Assembly (NCBI RefSeq): GCF_011745625.1 | Contig: NW_027191460.1 | Location: 558,001 to 622,000 of the forward strand | Direction of reading: 5' to 3' | Source of the DNA: Cladosporium halotolerans | Taxonomy: Eukaryota | Length of the DNA: 64,000 nt | Shown here: in pieces, positions 1 to 13,000 of the stretch | How positions within the stretch are numbered: position 1 is the stretch's first letter | How the letters are laid out: every line of letters begins with the position of its first letter | Translations under genes and position numbers: made by a program | The notes under the pieces: generated by a model | The model's input: the letters and a program-made list of their open reading frames with translations, nothing else | Told to the model about the DNA's origin: nothing | The model's database searches: none

Positions 1-1766
1 TGCCCCGTCTCTTCTTCTCCCTTCTTCTGAGTAGGAAGTCTCGACCACGGACAAAGCAAGCTCACAATAACCGCAACCCCAGCCATACCAATTGCCACCG
101 CGAACGCAGCCCTGAGACCTTCGGTGTAAGCAGAAATGACACTCGGAAGTTCACGTGCTGAAAAGACAACCCGAAGCTCCGCCGCCCCTGCCTCTGTCAC
201 CCTTGTCGGATCCACTCCTGAAGCCGTACTGGCCAGAGCCACGAGCAGTCGATTTACGAACGCCGACTGCGCGGCGGAGATGCTGAACGCCCCGCCCAGA
301 GTCTGGAAAACTGCCCAAGCCGGTAAGCGGGTTTCTCCTGTATGGAGTTGAGAAGAAGCACTCACACTGATTGACACTGCTCACGACCGCGATATCCGCA
401 TCGTCGACGTGAGCCTGAGCAAGGCTGAGACAGTTCATGTACGGGAACGCAATCGCCGCCCCAGCAAGGACCTGGTAGCCAATCCACCTCGCAGCGGGCG
501 TCTCCGTCCCCATGGAGAAGAACAAGCCGGCCGACACGCACGTGAGCGTCGCTCCCGCCGCCATGAAGGGCGTTGCGTGGCCCGTCGCCGCGACGGCGAA
601 GCCGCCTGCGAGGATGGAAATGCCGAACGCGATGACTAGGGGCAAGTTGCGCACGCCGGACTGGAGCGGGCTCGCGCCGCGGATGCTTTGGAAGTAGATT
701 GGGAGGTAGTACAGGACGACGAAGTAGGCGCCTGCGAAGGAGAACTGGAACGTGCAGGTTGTCCAGATTGCGCGGCGCTGGAGCAGCTTCCAGGGCAGCA
801 TGGCGTGGTCTCCTTGGTGCAGTTCCCAGAACGCTAGGGTGGTGGTGATGAGGACGAAGCCGACCAGCAGGCCGATGACTTGGCTGCTCTTCCAGGAGTA
901 TGAGACGCCTCCGTATTCGAGTGCGAGGATGAAGCAGACCATCCCTGATAGAGTCAGAGCAATGCCGACTACATCCATGTGCAGAAACGCCTGTTGCCAG
1001 CCGGCGTTGGTGGCCTTTGCCCCCGTTTCGAATTTCAGGAAGATCAGGATAAGACCTGCGACGACCGCTCCGAAGGGCAGGTTGATGTAGAAGCACCAGC
1101 GCCAAGTGATCTTGTCCGAAAACGCTCCTCCCAGAAGCGGACCCGTGATGTTGCCCAAAGCAGCTGCTAGACCAAGAAAGCCCATAAACATGGGTCGCAT
1201 TTTGGGGAAAGCATGGAGGGCAACGATCGTTGTCCCTCCAGTGGCGATTCCCGCACCACCGACGCCTGTGATGGCTCGGCCGATGATGAATGCAGTGGAG
1301 TTGGGAGCGACGCCGCAGATGAGACTGCCGAGCTCGAAGATTGCAATGGTGAGTAGGAAAGTGGGTTTCATCCGGAAGAACTTGCACACTTTTCCCCAGA
1401 AGGGCCTGAAGGCGCCGAGGGTGAGAAAGTACGCGGCGCCGTACCAAGAGACTTGTGCGAGGCCGTGGAGTTCATCCGTGATTTTGGGTATAGCCGTGCT
1501 GACGATCGTCTGTCTTTCGTTAGAGATGGAATTCAAGCAAACCACACGCTGGGACGGAGAAAATGATGCCCAATCAATACCTGGTCTAGAGTAGTCAGGA
1601 AGACAGCCAACATGATCGAGCCAACGATCAGACTGAGGGACAACGTTGATGAATGTTGATTTGAAGGCTCTGCCGAGATCACTCCATTGGAAGCTTCCTT
1701 TTCCTCGCGGCAAGACGAAGGAGCGAGTGCTTTGTCCGAAGCCATGTTCTCGTGTGCCGCTGCCAT
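1..1766 (-). CDS. MFS DHA2-type (14-TM) drug/toxin efflux transporter; 3' end runs off the left edge
   Basis: ATG 1766 (MAAAHEN...LAVFLTTLDQ), intron 1580-1510, exon TIVSTAIPKITDELHGLAQVSWYGAAYFLT...GRAITGVGGAG...GPLLGGAFSDKITWRWCFYINLP, intron 365-311, then FFQTLGGAF... open to base 1. Confidence 0.93.
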
Positions 1767-2603
1767 TGCGTTAAGGCGGTCAGCGATCAACAAGAAGACC
1801 AGAACTGTGAGTCTTTTGACCGGGACACACACGGTGCGAGTTATTAGTGCAATGATAGTCAGAACCACACTGCCTCATCACCATGGACTAGACAACATGA
1901 CTGTGCCTGAACCACGGTGGCTAAACCCAGCCTCTGAACCACCCACGGCGTACTCGCTTGTAGCTTGCTGATCCTTTGCCAAAACGATCAGCCGGGGAAA
2001 GAGAGTCCCCAGGCCCCTCGCATGTCGCTACTGTAGGTGCCGTCCACGAAGGGCAGGGATGCGACGGCTAGCGTTCCAATCTGCTGGGCGTGTGGTCAGG
2101 AGGCTCGAAGAGTCGAAGAGGTGTTTTCGTCGCCGATGGTTTTCGGATTGGGAATGGGGGAAGAGTACATACCTTGCCTTGCCTTATCTTACCTGCTTTA
2201 CCAACATCTCCCATCTTTACATAAATGATACGACACGCATTGACACAGTCGAACGAAAGCAATGATCCCTTCATCAAACTTCCCACTTCCATTTCGCACC
2301 ACTGAAGTTTTCTATATAGACAATTCAGGGCTCCTCGCCCCAAAACCTCAGTATACCTGGTCTTCTGTTCTTATCTTCTCTTGCCGCTACTGTCTCCTCC
2401 GATCCATGCATCCTCCCGGAGCGGTCCGGCCGCTATTGCGCGTGCGTGAATGAAATGATATGTACGGTAACGAAAGCGGCGTGCGGAGCAGGGCCGCGGT
2501 CGTTCGTTCGTTCTTTCTCCTCCTTCGTTGCGGTTCTATTTCTTCGGATTTCGTTCTCGTTCTGATGCTCGTCGTGCTCGTTGCGTCTTTCCTCGGGCCC
2601 GCT

Positions 2604-2635
2604 CTTCTTCTTCTTCTTCTTCTTCTTCTTCTTCT
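2604..2635. repeat. (CTT)10 microsatellite just downstream of the PBS2 stop, next to an A-tract/purine-rich stretch at 2656-2711
   Basis: Ten perfect CTT units at 2604-2633 read directly from the sequence. Confidence 0.95.
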
Positions 2636-2754
2636 GATATACGAGACGCTGTGACAAAAAAAAAAAAGAGAAGAAAGAGAGGAAGAAAGGGGGGAAATAA
2701 AAAAAAGGGGGAAATGGAGATGAGATCCGTCCCCCTTGTCAAAGAAAATCTCAA

Positions 2755-4774
2755 TCACCCATCAACAGCCACCGGCTTCACCTTCTCCCTCTCCACCCTC
2801 GGGCTCTGCAGCCCATCCAGCGCAACCTTGTGCAGCGCAGGCGGCTTGGCCTCCTCCATCTTGCCCTCGCGCTTCCTCTCCAGCGCGCCGACAACCCACT
2901 CCGCGACATCTTTGTCGTGGTACTCGTGCGCCGTGTGCACCGTGGCGGAGGGCAGATCCTCGCCGCGCTCGGCGGCCTCCTCGTCTTCCTCGGAGATGGC
3001 GGCGGGTTTGAGCATGGGCGCGAGCCAGGCGTGCTGCAGGAGCATGGCGTAGGTGGGGCGGAGGTTGGGGATTTTGTTGAGGCAGCCGGCGGTGAAGTCG
3101 TGGGCGGCGGGGGAGAAGGCTTCGGAAGGGAGGTCGGGTGGTTCGCCGTCGACGATGGCCTGAGGGGGTTTTGTTAGTACGTGGGACTAAGAACGGTGGT
3201 TGTGGTGGAAGAGACGATTGACTTACAGAGAGCTGGCTGAAGATGTTGTCGTAGGTCTCCGGGGAGTAGGGGTATTTGCCGAGGGCGCATTCGATGATGG
3301 ACAGGCCAAGCGACCAGATGTCGGACTGCACGCTGTAGGTTCCGCCGCCGGGGTTGGCGCCCGCTTGGGCGACGCCGCCGCCTGATATCCGCTCGGGAGC
3401 CATGTAGGATTGGCAGCCGATGTTGGTTTTGGCGATGCTGGCGACGAGGTTGCCCGACACGCCGAAGTCGCAGATTTTGACCTGGCCTTGGGTGTTGACG
3501 AGGATGTTCGTGGGCTTTACGTCGCGATGGATGATGTTGTGGTCGTCTTTTAGTGATTTCAAGCCCTGGACTGTGGCGAGAGTAACTTTCTGGAGGACGT
3601 TTTCGGGAACACCGCCCGAGTACAGCTTGTCTATTGAGCCGCCGTCCATGAATTCCATGCAGATGTAGACGGCACCTTCTTGGAAGAATGCGCCGTAGAA
3701 GTCGACGATATAAGGCGAGGCGCAGCGGTGCAGGACGTCCAGCTCCATAATGATCGTTGCGAATTTCGAATCCTCGAGCTCAAGACGCATCTCCTTCATG
3801 GCCATGACAATACCAGTGCCTCCAACCGCAGGGTCGTCTTTTTGCAGTTTGGGCTCGTCTGCGCCAGCAGCACCCCAGGCTTTGTTTCCAGCGAGACCTT
3901 GGCCGGGTCTTCGCATTTTGGGCCTGCTATGTCGGACTTTGTACACGGTGCCGTAGTTTCCTTTGCCCAATTCGTCCAATGTGTCGACTTCGTCCAAACT
4001 GATCTGAAATTCCTTTCCGGAAGCAAATTTGATGCCTTTGCTGTCGACTGTCGCCTTGTTCTTGAATTTCAAGGCTCCAGTCTCCTTGTCGATGAATTCG
4101 GCATACTTGTCCATTTGCGACTCTTGCTTCTTAGGTTCCTGCTGAGAATCTCCGTTTGTTTCCTCGCCTCCACCGAGCTGTGAGAGTTTCATTCCCGGCG
4201 GCTTCCTCTTGCCTCCCATGCCTGGCGGGGGTTGCGCGGAGCCCGAGGGCGGGGCTGTGCCAGGAAGACCGCCGGGCAATTTCATGTTTCGCCTCTCGCT
4301 GAGAGACGGCTTTTGCCCGGGGACGGCTGGCGATGAACTCGCGGGGACAGGCGAGGGACGTTGCATGTTCTGAGGCAGTTGGAAATTGGAAGGGATACCT
4401 CCGGCGCCGGGTGTCTGGGCAGGCGGACTAAGAGGATTCGAGGCAGTCGGTCTGGGAGAAGGAGCACCACCCGGTTGGAATCCAGCTTTGGGCCCCGCAG
4501 GACCGGCTCTCGACAAGTGGAAGTTCTTCATCCTGGCGAGCATGTCGGGGTTCATACCGCCGGGAGGCCGTTGCGGATTTCGCGCGGCGTTGACGTTTCC
4601 GAGTGGGGTGGAAGAAGTGCTCATCCTCGCAACGGGGGCGGACGAGGACATGTCGGTGGCAGAATGCGGTGCGGAAGGCCTGGATGGGACATCCGGGCTA
4701 CCCAGAGGAGAGGCGGCGTCGCTAAGGGCATCCGGCGAACCCAGTGGGCTGCCGGTGTCCGAGTCGTCTGCCAT
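2755..4774 (-). CDS. PBS2: MAP kinase kinase of the HOG (osmotic stress) pathway, Pbs2/Wis1 orthologue
   Basis: ATG 4774 (MADDSDTG), Pro-rich N-terminus. Kinase motifs LGKGNYGTV, HRDVKPTN, DFGVSGNLVASIAKTNIGCQSYMAPERI. Intron 3226-3160; last exon AIVDGEPPDLP...KPVAVDG*. Confidence 0.96.
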
Positions 4775-5356
4775 GGCGGGGTGCGAAGAGTGGTGGAGGG
4801 GTAGAGGGGAGAGTGGCGGCCGGACCGGAGTGTCAGGCAGCCAGATTGTTGGAGGGAGGTTGGAGGTGGTGCGAAATAGGCAGCAAAGGCAAAGCGTAGG
4901 CAAGGACGAAGGTAAAGTCTCCGTGCAGAGCGGAAGGCGTAGGAACTGAGGCGTGGTCTGGCGCTTGGCCGGCAGGGCTGGCGGGGCGGTGGTGATTGGG
5001 GATCGCGATGGGCCGGCCGCGTCGAGCTGCGGCGTGAGGCATCGATCGGGCGGGATGCGATGCAGGTGTGGCTGAGCAGCGGCGGATTGGGCGGGCGTGG
5101 AAGATTGCGGCGGTCGGAGCGACCGGGGCGGGGCGGGAGGGCGGGCGGATACGGTGGCCTAGGGCATCGAGGCTGTCATGGGCGGACGACGGCAGGAGTT
5201 CGCCCTCCACGCCGCGGGCACGTTGTTACGAACATCAATGACGACAAGTGCGACAGGACGCTGACGAGGCGGTGCTTGATGTCGTCGGGCGTCAAGGTTT
5301 GCGTGTGGGTGGAGGAGGATGCTGATCGTTTGGAGATGCGGCGGTGGGCCTGCGCG

Positions 5357-5421
5357 GAGGCTGTGAGGCTGTGAGGCTGCCAGGCCAGGATGTGAGGCTG
5401 CCAGGCCAGGATGTGAGGCTG
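5357..5421. repeat. Short tandem repeat: 21-bp unit TGTGAGGCTGCCAGGCCAGGA x2 plus a partial copy, preceded by duplicated GAGGCTGT
   Basis: Units at 5370-5390 and 5391-5411, partial at 5412-5421. Confidence 0.9.
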
Positions 5422-6604
5422 AGAACGTGGCAATCGCGGACGACGCCCCGCCGTCTGCTGTCGCCACTCCACCCTCGAGCATGACATCCAATCCACCGGC
5501 CTGCCGCGCCAGTCGCCTGTGTTTTCGGTGTTTTCGCCCTGGCCCTGCTGATCTGCGCCTGACGCTGTCCCAGTATCTACGTACGGTAGCCGTACCTACA
5601 TGTGCGCTGAGCCTATCTAGCATAATCGCGTGATGCGAGTTTCGTCTCTCCGACATGCAGCAGCTACAGCACTCGCCTGACGACGAGCAGGCCTCGCGCG
5701 CGTCCTGACTTGCTTTTTGCGTCCTCGCGCGCTTGTTCCACGTTTGATCTTCACCCCGATGACGCAAGACTGAAGTCAGATGCTGGATTGCCGTGCCGAT
5801 CGGTGGAAAAAGTACGTTCGCTGGCAGTCGTGTCGCCGCGCCGTGGAGTCGTTACGACCGCGCACGCAGACGGCCGCGGTGATAGCTTGGTGAGTAATGC
5901 TTGCATACATGGCGATTGGAAGCTTCGGACAGGGGACAGATGCGCCAGGAGGAGCTGTCCGTCTCCCCTGCGAGCCCTCCGTCTCGCCATCCGGCACTTC
6001 CAGCGAGTGCGGGCAGCATCGAGCTTTGGCGGGGATCGAATTGTGGTGAGATCGGCGGTGGGAGAGGAAGGGTCAAGCCACAGATGCAGCGGGCGACTGT
6101 GGCTGCTAGCTTCAGTCATGGCGTGCTGGTTTCGCTGGCGCTGCTGCCCTGGCACGGCTGGCTGCCGCTGCTTCACACGTCGGGACACTTGGGGGGCCTG
6201 GCCCAAGCCGCCAGAGAGCCAAGCGCGTGCAAGCGCCCTCAGGCTTCCAACGCCCAAGACTTGCACTCCACCCAACCTGCCAACCTCCCGTGCCTCCCAA
6301 GCAGTGACGCTGCTTGCTTTGCTTGCTCGCTGGCCGCCAAGCGCTGCACTGCCCTGCGACACTCCCTCTCCGACACTCCATCCCCTGCGGTCCATGTCCT
6401 TCGCTGTCAACACCCCATTGCCGTCCTCACCGCGAGGCGGCCATTGACTGTACACCCGTGCCGTCGCCTGCATCATCGCCGCGCTGCCGCTGCCATCGCG
6501 GTTGAGATTGACATTCTCCGCTTGAAGCGCCCGCGATAAGCCCTCGAGGCCTTCCCTTCCGCTACCACCCTACCAACACTCGCAACCCGCAACTCTATTG
6601 CACA

Positions 6605-8419
6605 ATGCCTTTCTTCGAGAATCCTATATCCTTCCGCCTGCGCGAGCAGATCGCGTCGGGCGTTTCTGGCATCTTGCAATCGAGGAGCGTCGACCAAATG
6701 CCAATGCTCGCCGCCGCCGCAAACTCAACCATGGACGCCCTCAAGAAGAACAAGCTGCCGCCGCACGCCTCACATCCCAGTTTCATCAACCTCGCCGGTC
6801 TGGTGTCCGAGGCTGTGCTCGAGGTCGTCTTCGTCGCTCTGCCCGGCTTCCTCGTCGCCTACACCGGCATGTTCGACGCCAACAGCCAGAAATTTGTCGC
6901 CGAGCTCAACACTATGGTCTTCACACCCTGCCTGATTTTCACTAAGCTGGCCTCTCAATTGAATGCCGACAAACTTGCCGATCTGGCTGTGATTCCATTC
7001 ATCTTCGTTCTGCAGACGATCGTCTCGTATTTCTGCGCGCAGGTCATGGCAAGAGCATGGGGATTTGGGAGCAAGAAGATGCAGAAGAATTTCATCCTCG
7101 CTATGGGCGTGTTTGGTAATTCCAACTCTCTGCCAATCTCGCTGGTCATCTCTCTGTCCAAGACCATCTCAGGCTTACATTGGGACAAGATTCCTGGGGA
7201 CAATGACAACGAGGTTGCTGCCAGAGGTATCTTGTACCTACTCATTTTCCAGCAGCTCGGCCAGCTGCTACGCTGGACATGGGGATACAGTGTGTTGCTG
7301 AAGCCGGCCTCTGCATACGAGGAGGAGGACCGCATCGCTGGTGCTGAAGCGGAGCGCGACACTGAGGAAGGCCGCTACAGAGACTACCCGGACGAGCCTG
7401 ATGACCCTGTGGACTACAGCAACGGCAACGGAATGCACAAGAGCAAGACGACCGACTCTGGCTTCAACTCGGACTTTCAATCTTCGCGCTCAGCGAGCTT
7501 CTCTTCCTCTGATGAGGGCGACAACGAGCCTTTGATCGCCGCCACCCCAGCGAATGGCAACATCATCTCAACCAACAGCAAAGCCCGCGCACGCTCTCCC
7601 TCCATCGACGAAGAAGCGCCCCAAAACGGCCAAATGACCACCTTCCCAAACTTCTCCACCGCCTCCTCGCACAAATCCTCGCAAGACGCCAAATCCTGGA
7701 AAACGCCCTTCATCAACCTCAAAAACTCCCTCCTCGCCCTCCTCCGCCGCATCGCCTCCACCCTCTCCACCTTCTTCTCCAACCTCTTCCGCCGCCTCCC
7801 GCACCCGATCCAAAAAACCCTCTCCACAATCCACTACTACAACGCCTCCTTCTGGGCCGGCGTCTGGCGCCAAATGAACCCCCCGCTCTGGGCCATGCTC
7901 GCAGCCCTCATCGTCGCCTCCGTCCCCGCCCTCCAGAAACTCTTCTTCACCCCCGGCACCCTCGTCTCCAACTCCCTGACCCGCGCCGTCTCCCAAACCG
8001 GCGGCGTCGCCGTGCCCCTCATCCTCGTCGTCCTCGGCGCCAACCTCGCCCGCTCCACCCTCCCGCAAGACCAACTCGCCTCCTCCGCCGAAGCCAAAGC
8101 CGAAGAGCGCAAGCTCCTCTACGCCAGCTTGCTCTCGCGCATGGTCCTGCCGACCGTCATCATGGCGCCCGTCCTCGCGCTGGTCGCCAAGTTCGTCCCC
8201 GTCAGCATCCTCGACGATCCCATTTTCGTCATCGTCTGCTTCCTGCTCACGGGCGCGCCGAGCGCGCTGCAGCTGGCGCAGATCTGCCAGATCAACGGCG
8301 TTTTCATGGGCGCGATGAGTAACCTGCTCACGGCGAGCTATGTCGTTATGATCTTCCCCAGCACGCTGGTGTTGGTCATGTTGGCGCTGGAGGTCGTGGA
8401 GTGGGCTGCTATGGGTTGA
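6605..8419 (+). CDS. Auxin efflux carrier (AEC / Mem_trans, PILS/Ecm3-like) membrane transporter
   Basis: 604-aa single ORF with two hydrophobic halves around a long polar loop. Motifs FTPCLIFTKL, FGNSNSLP, NPPLWAML, AVPLILVVLGANL, GAPSALQLAQI. Confidence 0.92.
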   Translation: MPFFENPISFRLREQIASGVSGILQSRSVDQMPMLAAAANSTMDALKKNKLPPHASHPSFINLAGLVSEAVLEVVFVALPGFLVAYTGMFDANSQKFVAELNTMVFTPCLIFTKLASQLNADKLADLAVIPFIFVLQTIVSYFCAQVMARAWGFGSKKMQKNFILAMGVFGNSNSLPISLVISLSKTISGLHWDKIPGDNDNEVAARGILYLLIFQQLGQLLRWTWGYSVLLKPASAYEEEDRIAGAEAERDTEEGRYRDYPDEPDDPVDYSNGNGMHKSKTTDSGFNSDFQSSRSASFSSSDEGDNEPLIAATPANGNIISTNSKARARSPSIDEEAPQNGQMTTFPNFSTASSHKSSQDAKSWKTPFINLKNSLLALLRRIASTLSTFFSNLFRRLPHPIQKTLSTIHYYNASFWAGVWRQMNPPLWAMLAALIVASVPALQKLFFTPGTLVSNSLTRAVSQTGGVAVPLILVVLGANLARSTLPQDQLASSAEAKAEERKLLYASLLSRMVLPTVIMAPVLALVAKFVPVSILDDPIFVIVCFLLTGAPSALQLAQICQINGVFMGAMSNLLTASYVVMIFPSTLVLVMLALEVVEWAAMG

Positions 8420-10034
8420 TTGAGAAGGGGGGTTGAGAGGACCTTTTTGTGGACGGAAAAGTGTGGGAGCTTTCACGCTCGATCTGGGACACCTGGGAAA
8501 GTGGTGTTTTTTTTTTTTTTTTTCCCCTGGATCGTTTTCTCTGGTTTTTTTGACTGAGCGATGGCGTTCCCGTCTTTTACTACCTACTCGGGTCCTGGAC
8601 CGGCTTTGAGGCCGGTCGTGCGTATGCGGGAGAGCGCCAGGCGCGTTGTCCGCGCGCGCCGCGTGTGTGTAGAGCGATACAACGCCTGTCTTTTCTAAAG
8701 TTACATGCTTTCTCTCGTTGGGGAATTGTACAGATGCGGGGTTTGAGTGAATGGGGCTTCGCGCCGAATACTTTTTCATAGGATTAATTGAACAGGAATA
8801 CCTGAGCTTTCGAGCAAGTGAGGTGTGCTTGCATCGTCAAAAATCAATCTGTGATGGTGTGGCTTTGACGCTGCCGAAGCTTTGGTTTTGGTGACCCAGA
8901 TGATCAGATGGAATTGAGTAGTGCGCTTGTGGAAACAACCGATGTATCTTTGGAAAATTTGGGGGCACGGTATCACTTCCACCGGCGGGTTAGTGAGTAC
9001 CGTTCAGATGTACGAATCGAAGATGAGAAGTATCCAGGTCTTATGCGATCTTCTCAGCGCCGGCGATGTCTTCTTGTACCACCCAGGAAGAGCTGTCTAG
9101 GTAGTGATCGGAACAGTGGTCTAGGAGACAAGCGTTTGCCTTTGGTATTCGACGTTCCGATTGGGGAGGCATCATAAAAGATCCATGGGTTTTCGATCAA
9201 CTGTGTTCCTACTCGGCGGGGCCCATACCTCACTTCTCTTCCCATCATCTGATGTATACCAGAACTCGCAATCTCCCCTCTCGATGGTACGCCAATTCCG
9301 TCGGTATGCCCGCCGTTCGCGATCAGCAGATCCCTACGGCCGGACATATCTCCATCGATCTTAATTACCACCGCAGGACACCAAACGCAAAAATCCCCGG
9401 ATTCTGTTTCATCATCAGTGCTTTCCCAGGGGCCCCTCGCCAACCCTCTGACCAGTCTCGTGCGGCAGCCAGGGCAAGGTTCAAACGGCGCTTCGCGTGG
9501 CCCACCCTCGCTTGGGCCACCAATGTGCAAGTGGCGTGTGGGACGGCTTGGGTGCCCGCGGCACGCACGTCTCGTGTCAAGTCGGTCGGTTTGGGTGCTG
9601 GAGGGTTCGACCTCACGCACACCTCGCTCGCTATCTTTCCCTCTCCCTGGATTTTAAGTATTGTGGCTTTTCGGCAGAGTCGAACACCAAGGCGGGAATT
9701 TCTCTTGTCTTGCGCAGGTACCGGACTTGCAGACTCCACGCGACGCCTGGGCTGCTTTCAATCCCGCGCTGCTGTGTCGCCGACTGGACTCGCGAGAGGG
9801 GACTTGGACGGATTGTGCTTCGAGAGGGTTCCGACCGGACAGTAAAGAGGAGATAGTAATAGAGAAGACGCCCGCCGGCCAACACCCTCGCGCGCGCGCG
9901 CATGCCCGCCCGCGCCATCGCCATTCCGCACCCGGCCAGCCAGTAGCCACCCCATGTGAACCAGCCCGCCTCGCCGGCGCAAGGGACTCGGATTCGAACC
10001 GGAGGGGGAGATCTCCCCGAAGAGGCACAGAAGA

Positions 10035-13000
10035 ATGGCGGACACCAACACGGCGCTGCAGGCGCAGCTCGACGAGCTGGACCGCGACCTGGAGGAAGGG
10101 GACATCACGCGCAAGGGCTACGAGAAGCGCCGCACCATGCTGCTGTCGCAGTTCCTGGGCCCCGCGCAGGTCGAGCGCCTCAACACGGGCCTGCGCGTGC
10201 ACTCCGCCGACGACAGCAGCCACCCCGGCAGCGAGGCGGCGTCGACGTACGGGGGCGCGGGAGGAGGGCTTTTGGCGCCCGAGGGCCAGCAGGAGGCGGA
10301 CGCGGCGAGCGTGGGCAGTTACGGGAGTATAAGTCGCGGGCCGTATGGGAATGGAGGAGGGGAGGGATTCGGATCACAGCAGCAAGGCTACGAGCCCGGC
10401 CCGCCGAGCCAGGTGCAGAGGTTCCAGGCGCAGCAGCTGGGCATGCGGCCGCCGGCGCAGAGGCAGAGCTCGTACGGCACGGCGGGCGGCGACAACAGGC
10501 CCGCGAGCCCCAGCAGCTCGTACGGGCCCGAGATCATCACGGACTACGCGTTCAGCCCGGACGGCCGCGCGCCGCCGGGTGACGCGCAGGGCCAGGGTCA
10601 GGGTCAGTGGGCGGCCACGACTCCGCCGGGCGGGAATAGCAGGCTCAGCACGATGATGGACTCGCAGGGCTACTTCTCCGACTTCACTGGCCAGCAGATG
10701 GGCGACCGACCACGGCACGAGAGCTATGGGGGCCCGCAGCGGTATTCGCAGGGAGAGGCGTTTTCGCCTACAGCGGCGATTCCGCCGCCTTTGTATGGGA
10801 AGGATGACCTTGCGACGGTTGCGCCGGTGCACCAGTTGCCGCTCGAGCCGCGAGATGTACCATTTGCGGTGTACGATCCGCATAATAGCAACGTGCCCAT
10901 GTCGCAGTTCGACAACCTCGGCGCCGTGCTGCGGCATCGAGGGAAGATGCAGGCGCGGCAGCCGGCGTACTGGGTGCTAGACTCGAAGGGCAAGGAGACC
11001 GCGTCGATTACTTGGGAAAAGCTTACGTCGCGCGCCGAGAAGGTTGCGCAGTTGATCAGAGACAAGTCCAATTTACGGCACGGCGATCGGGTCGCACTCG
11101 TGTACAGAGACACCGAGGTCATTGATTTTGTAATCGCGCTTATGGGATGCTTCATTGCTGGCGTGGTCGCGGTACCGATCAACAACGTAGACGACTACCA
11201 CAAACTCAGCCTGCTGCTCACGACCACACAGGCGCACCTGGCGCTCACCACAGACAATAACCTCAAGGCCTTCCACCGTGACATCTCCGCGCAGCGACTC
11301 AAATGGCCCACAGGCGTCGAATGGTGGAAAACGAACGAGTTCGGCTCTTTCCACCCAAAGAAGAACCACGACGCCGCGCCCCTGCAAGTCCCCGACCTGG
11401 CGTATATCGAGTTCTCGCGCGCGCCGACCGGCGACCTGCGCGGCGTCGTCCTCAGCCACCGCACCATCATGCACCAGATGGCCTGCGTGTCCGCCATCGT
11501 CTCGACCATCCCCGCGCAAGCCAGCAACGACACCTTCTCCTCCGGCCTGCGCAACCCAGACGGCTCCTTCGTCGCCCCACGAGCCAGCAAAAGCGAGACC
11601 ATCCTCTCCTACCTCGACCCGCGCGAGGGCGTCGGCATGATCCTCGGCGTGCTGCTGGGCGTCTACGGCGGGCACACGACGGTGTGGATGGAGGCGAAGA
11701 CGGTCGACACCGCCGGCCTGTACGCGCACCTGATCACGAAGTACAAGGCGACGATCATGGCCGCCGACTACCCGGGGCTCAAGCGCGCCGCGTACAACTA
11801 CCAGCAGGACCCGATGAGCACGCGGAATTTCAAGAAGAACATGGAGCCGAACTTCGCGTCCGTCAAGCTCTGCCTTATCGATTCGCTGACGGTCGACGCG
11901 GAGTTTCATGAGATTTTGGCGGATCGGTGGCTGAGGCCGATGCGCAATACGCGTGCTAGGGAGCTGGTGGCGCCGATGCTTTGCTTGCCTGAGCATGGCG
12001 GTATGATTATCTCGATGCGGGATTGGCTGGGTGGCGAGGAGAGGATGGGATGCCCGCTTTCGATGGGCGACCAGACGGATGGTGATAGCGACGACGGCGG
12101 GGCGAACAACCCCGAGACTGGCAATGGCTACAGCAGCTTGCTCAGCGGCGCCAACAGCGATAGGAAGAGGGCCAAGACGAAGCAGCAGACCGATTTGAGC
12201 GAGGTGCTGCTCGACAAGGAGAGCTTGAAGACGAACGAGGTCGTCGTGCTCGCTCTCGGAGACGAAGTGAGGAAAAGGGCGAACGAGCCGGGGACCATCC
12301 GCGCGGGCGCGTTTGGCTATCCGCTGCCTGACGCTACTATGGCGCTTGTCGACCCGGAGACTAATCTGTTATGCCCGCCATTCACGGTCGGTGAGATCTG
12401 GGTAGATTCTCCTTCGCTCTCGGGCGGGTTCTGGGCGCTGCCTAAACACACCGAGACCATCTTCCATGCGAGACCGTATCGATTCGTCGACGGCAGTCCC
12501 ACACCGGTCTTGGTAGAGCCGGAGTTCCTGCGCACTGGTCTTTTGGGATGCATCATCGAAGGCAAGATCTACGTGCTGGGTCTTTACGAAGACAGAATAC
12601 GACAGCGCGTCGAGTGGGTCGAGCACGGCGTGCAAGAGCTGGAGCACCGCTACTTCTTCGTGCAGCACCTGGTCGTCAGCATCATGAAGACCGTGCCCAA
12701 GATCTATGATTGCTCGGCTTTCGACGCGCACGTCAACGGCGAGTACCTGCCCATCATTCTGATTGAGACGCAAGCAGCGAGCACCGCGCCAACTACTACC
12801 GGTGGTCCACCGCGGCAGCTCGACATTCCTTTCCTCGATTCTTTGAGCGAGAGGGTTATGGAACTGCTTTATCAGGAACATCATCTGCGAGTTTACTGCG
12901 TGATGATGACGGCGCCTAACACTTTGCCTCGCGTTATCAAGAACGGGCGTAGAGATATCGGCAACATGCTCTGTCGCAAAGAGTTCGACAATGGCACTCT

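Noticed and set aside
2387..2758. Poly-Arg/Lys/Glu/Ser ORFs downstream of PBS2
   Set aside because: Translations of the CTT microsatellite and A-rich tract, not proteins.
5357..5421. CRISPR-like repeat array
   Set aside because: Repeats are directly tandem with no unique spacers, there are no cas genes, and the context is eukaryotic.
4833..6597. Many overlapping 100-245 aa ORFs between PBS2 and the carrier
   Set aside because: Arg/Ala/Pro-rich translations typical of GC-rich promoter/UTR DNA; no domain or codon signal.
7568..8779. 403-aa antisense ORF over the auxin-efflux carrier (similar ORFs at 11073-11996, 37096-38043, 39594-40448)
   Set aside because: Shadow ORFs caused by high GC3 codon bias on the real strand; no recognisable motifs.
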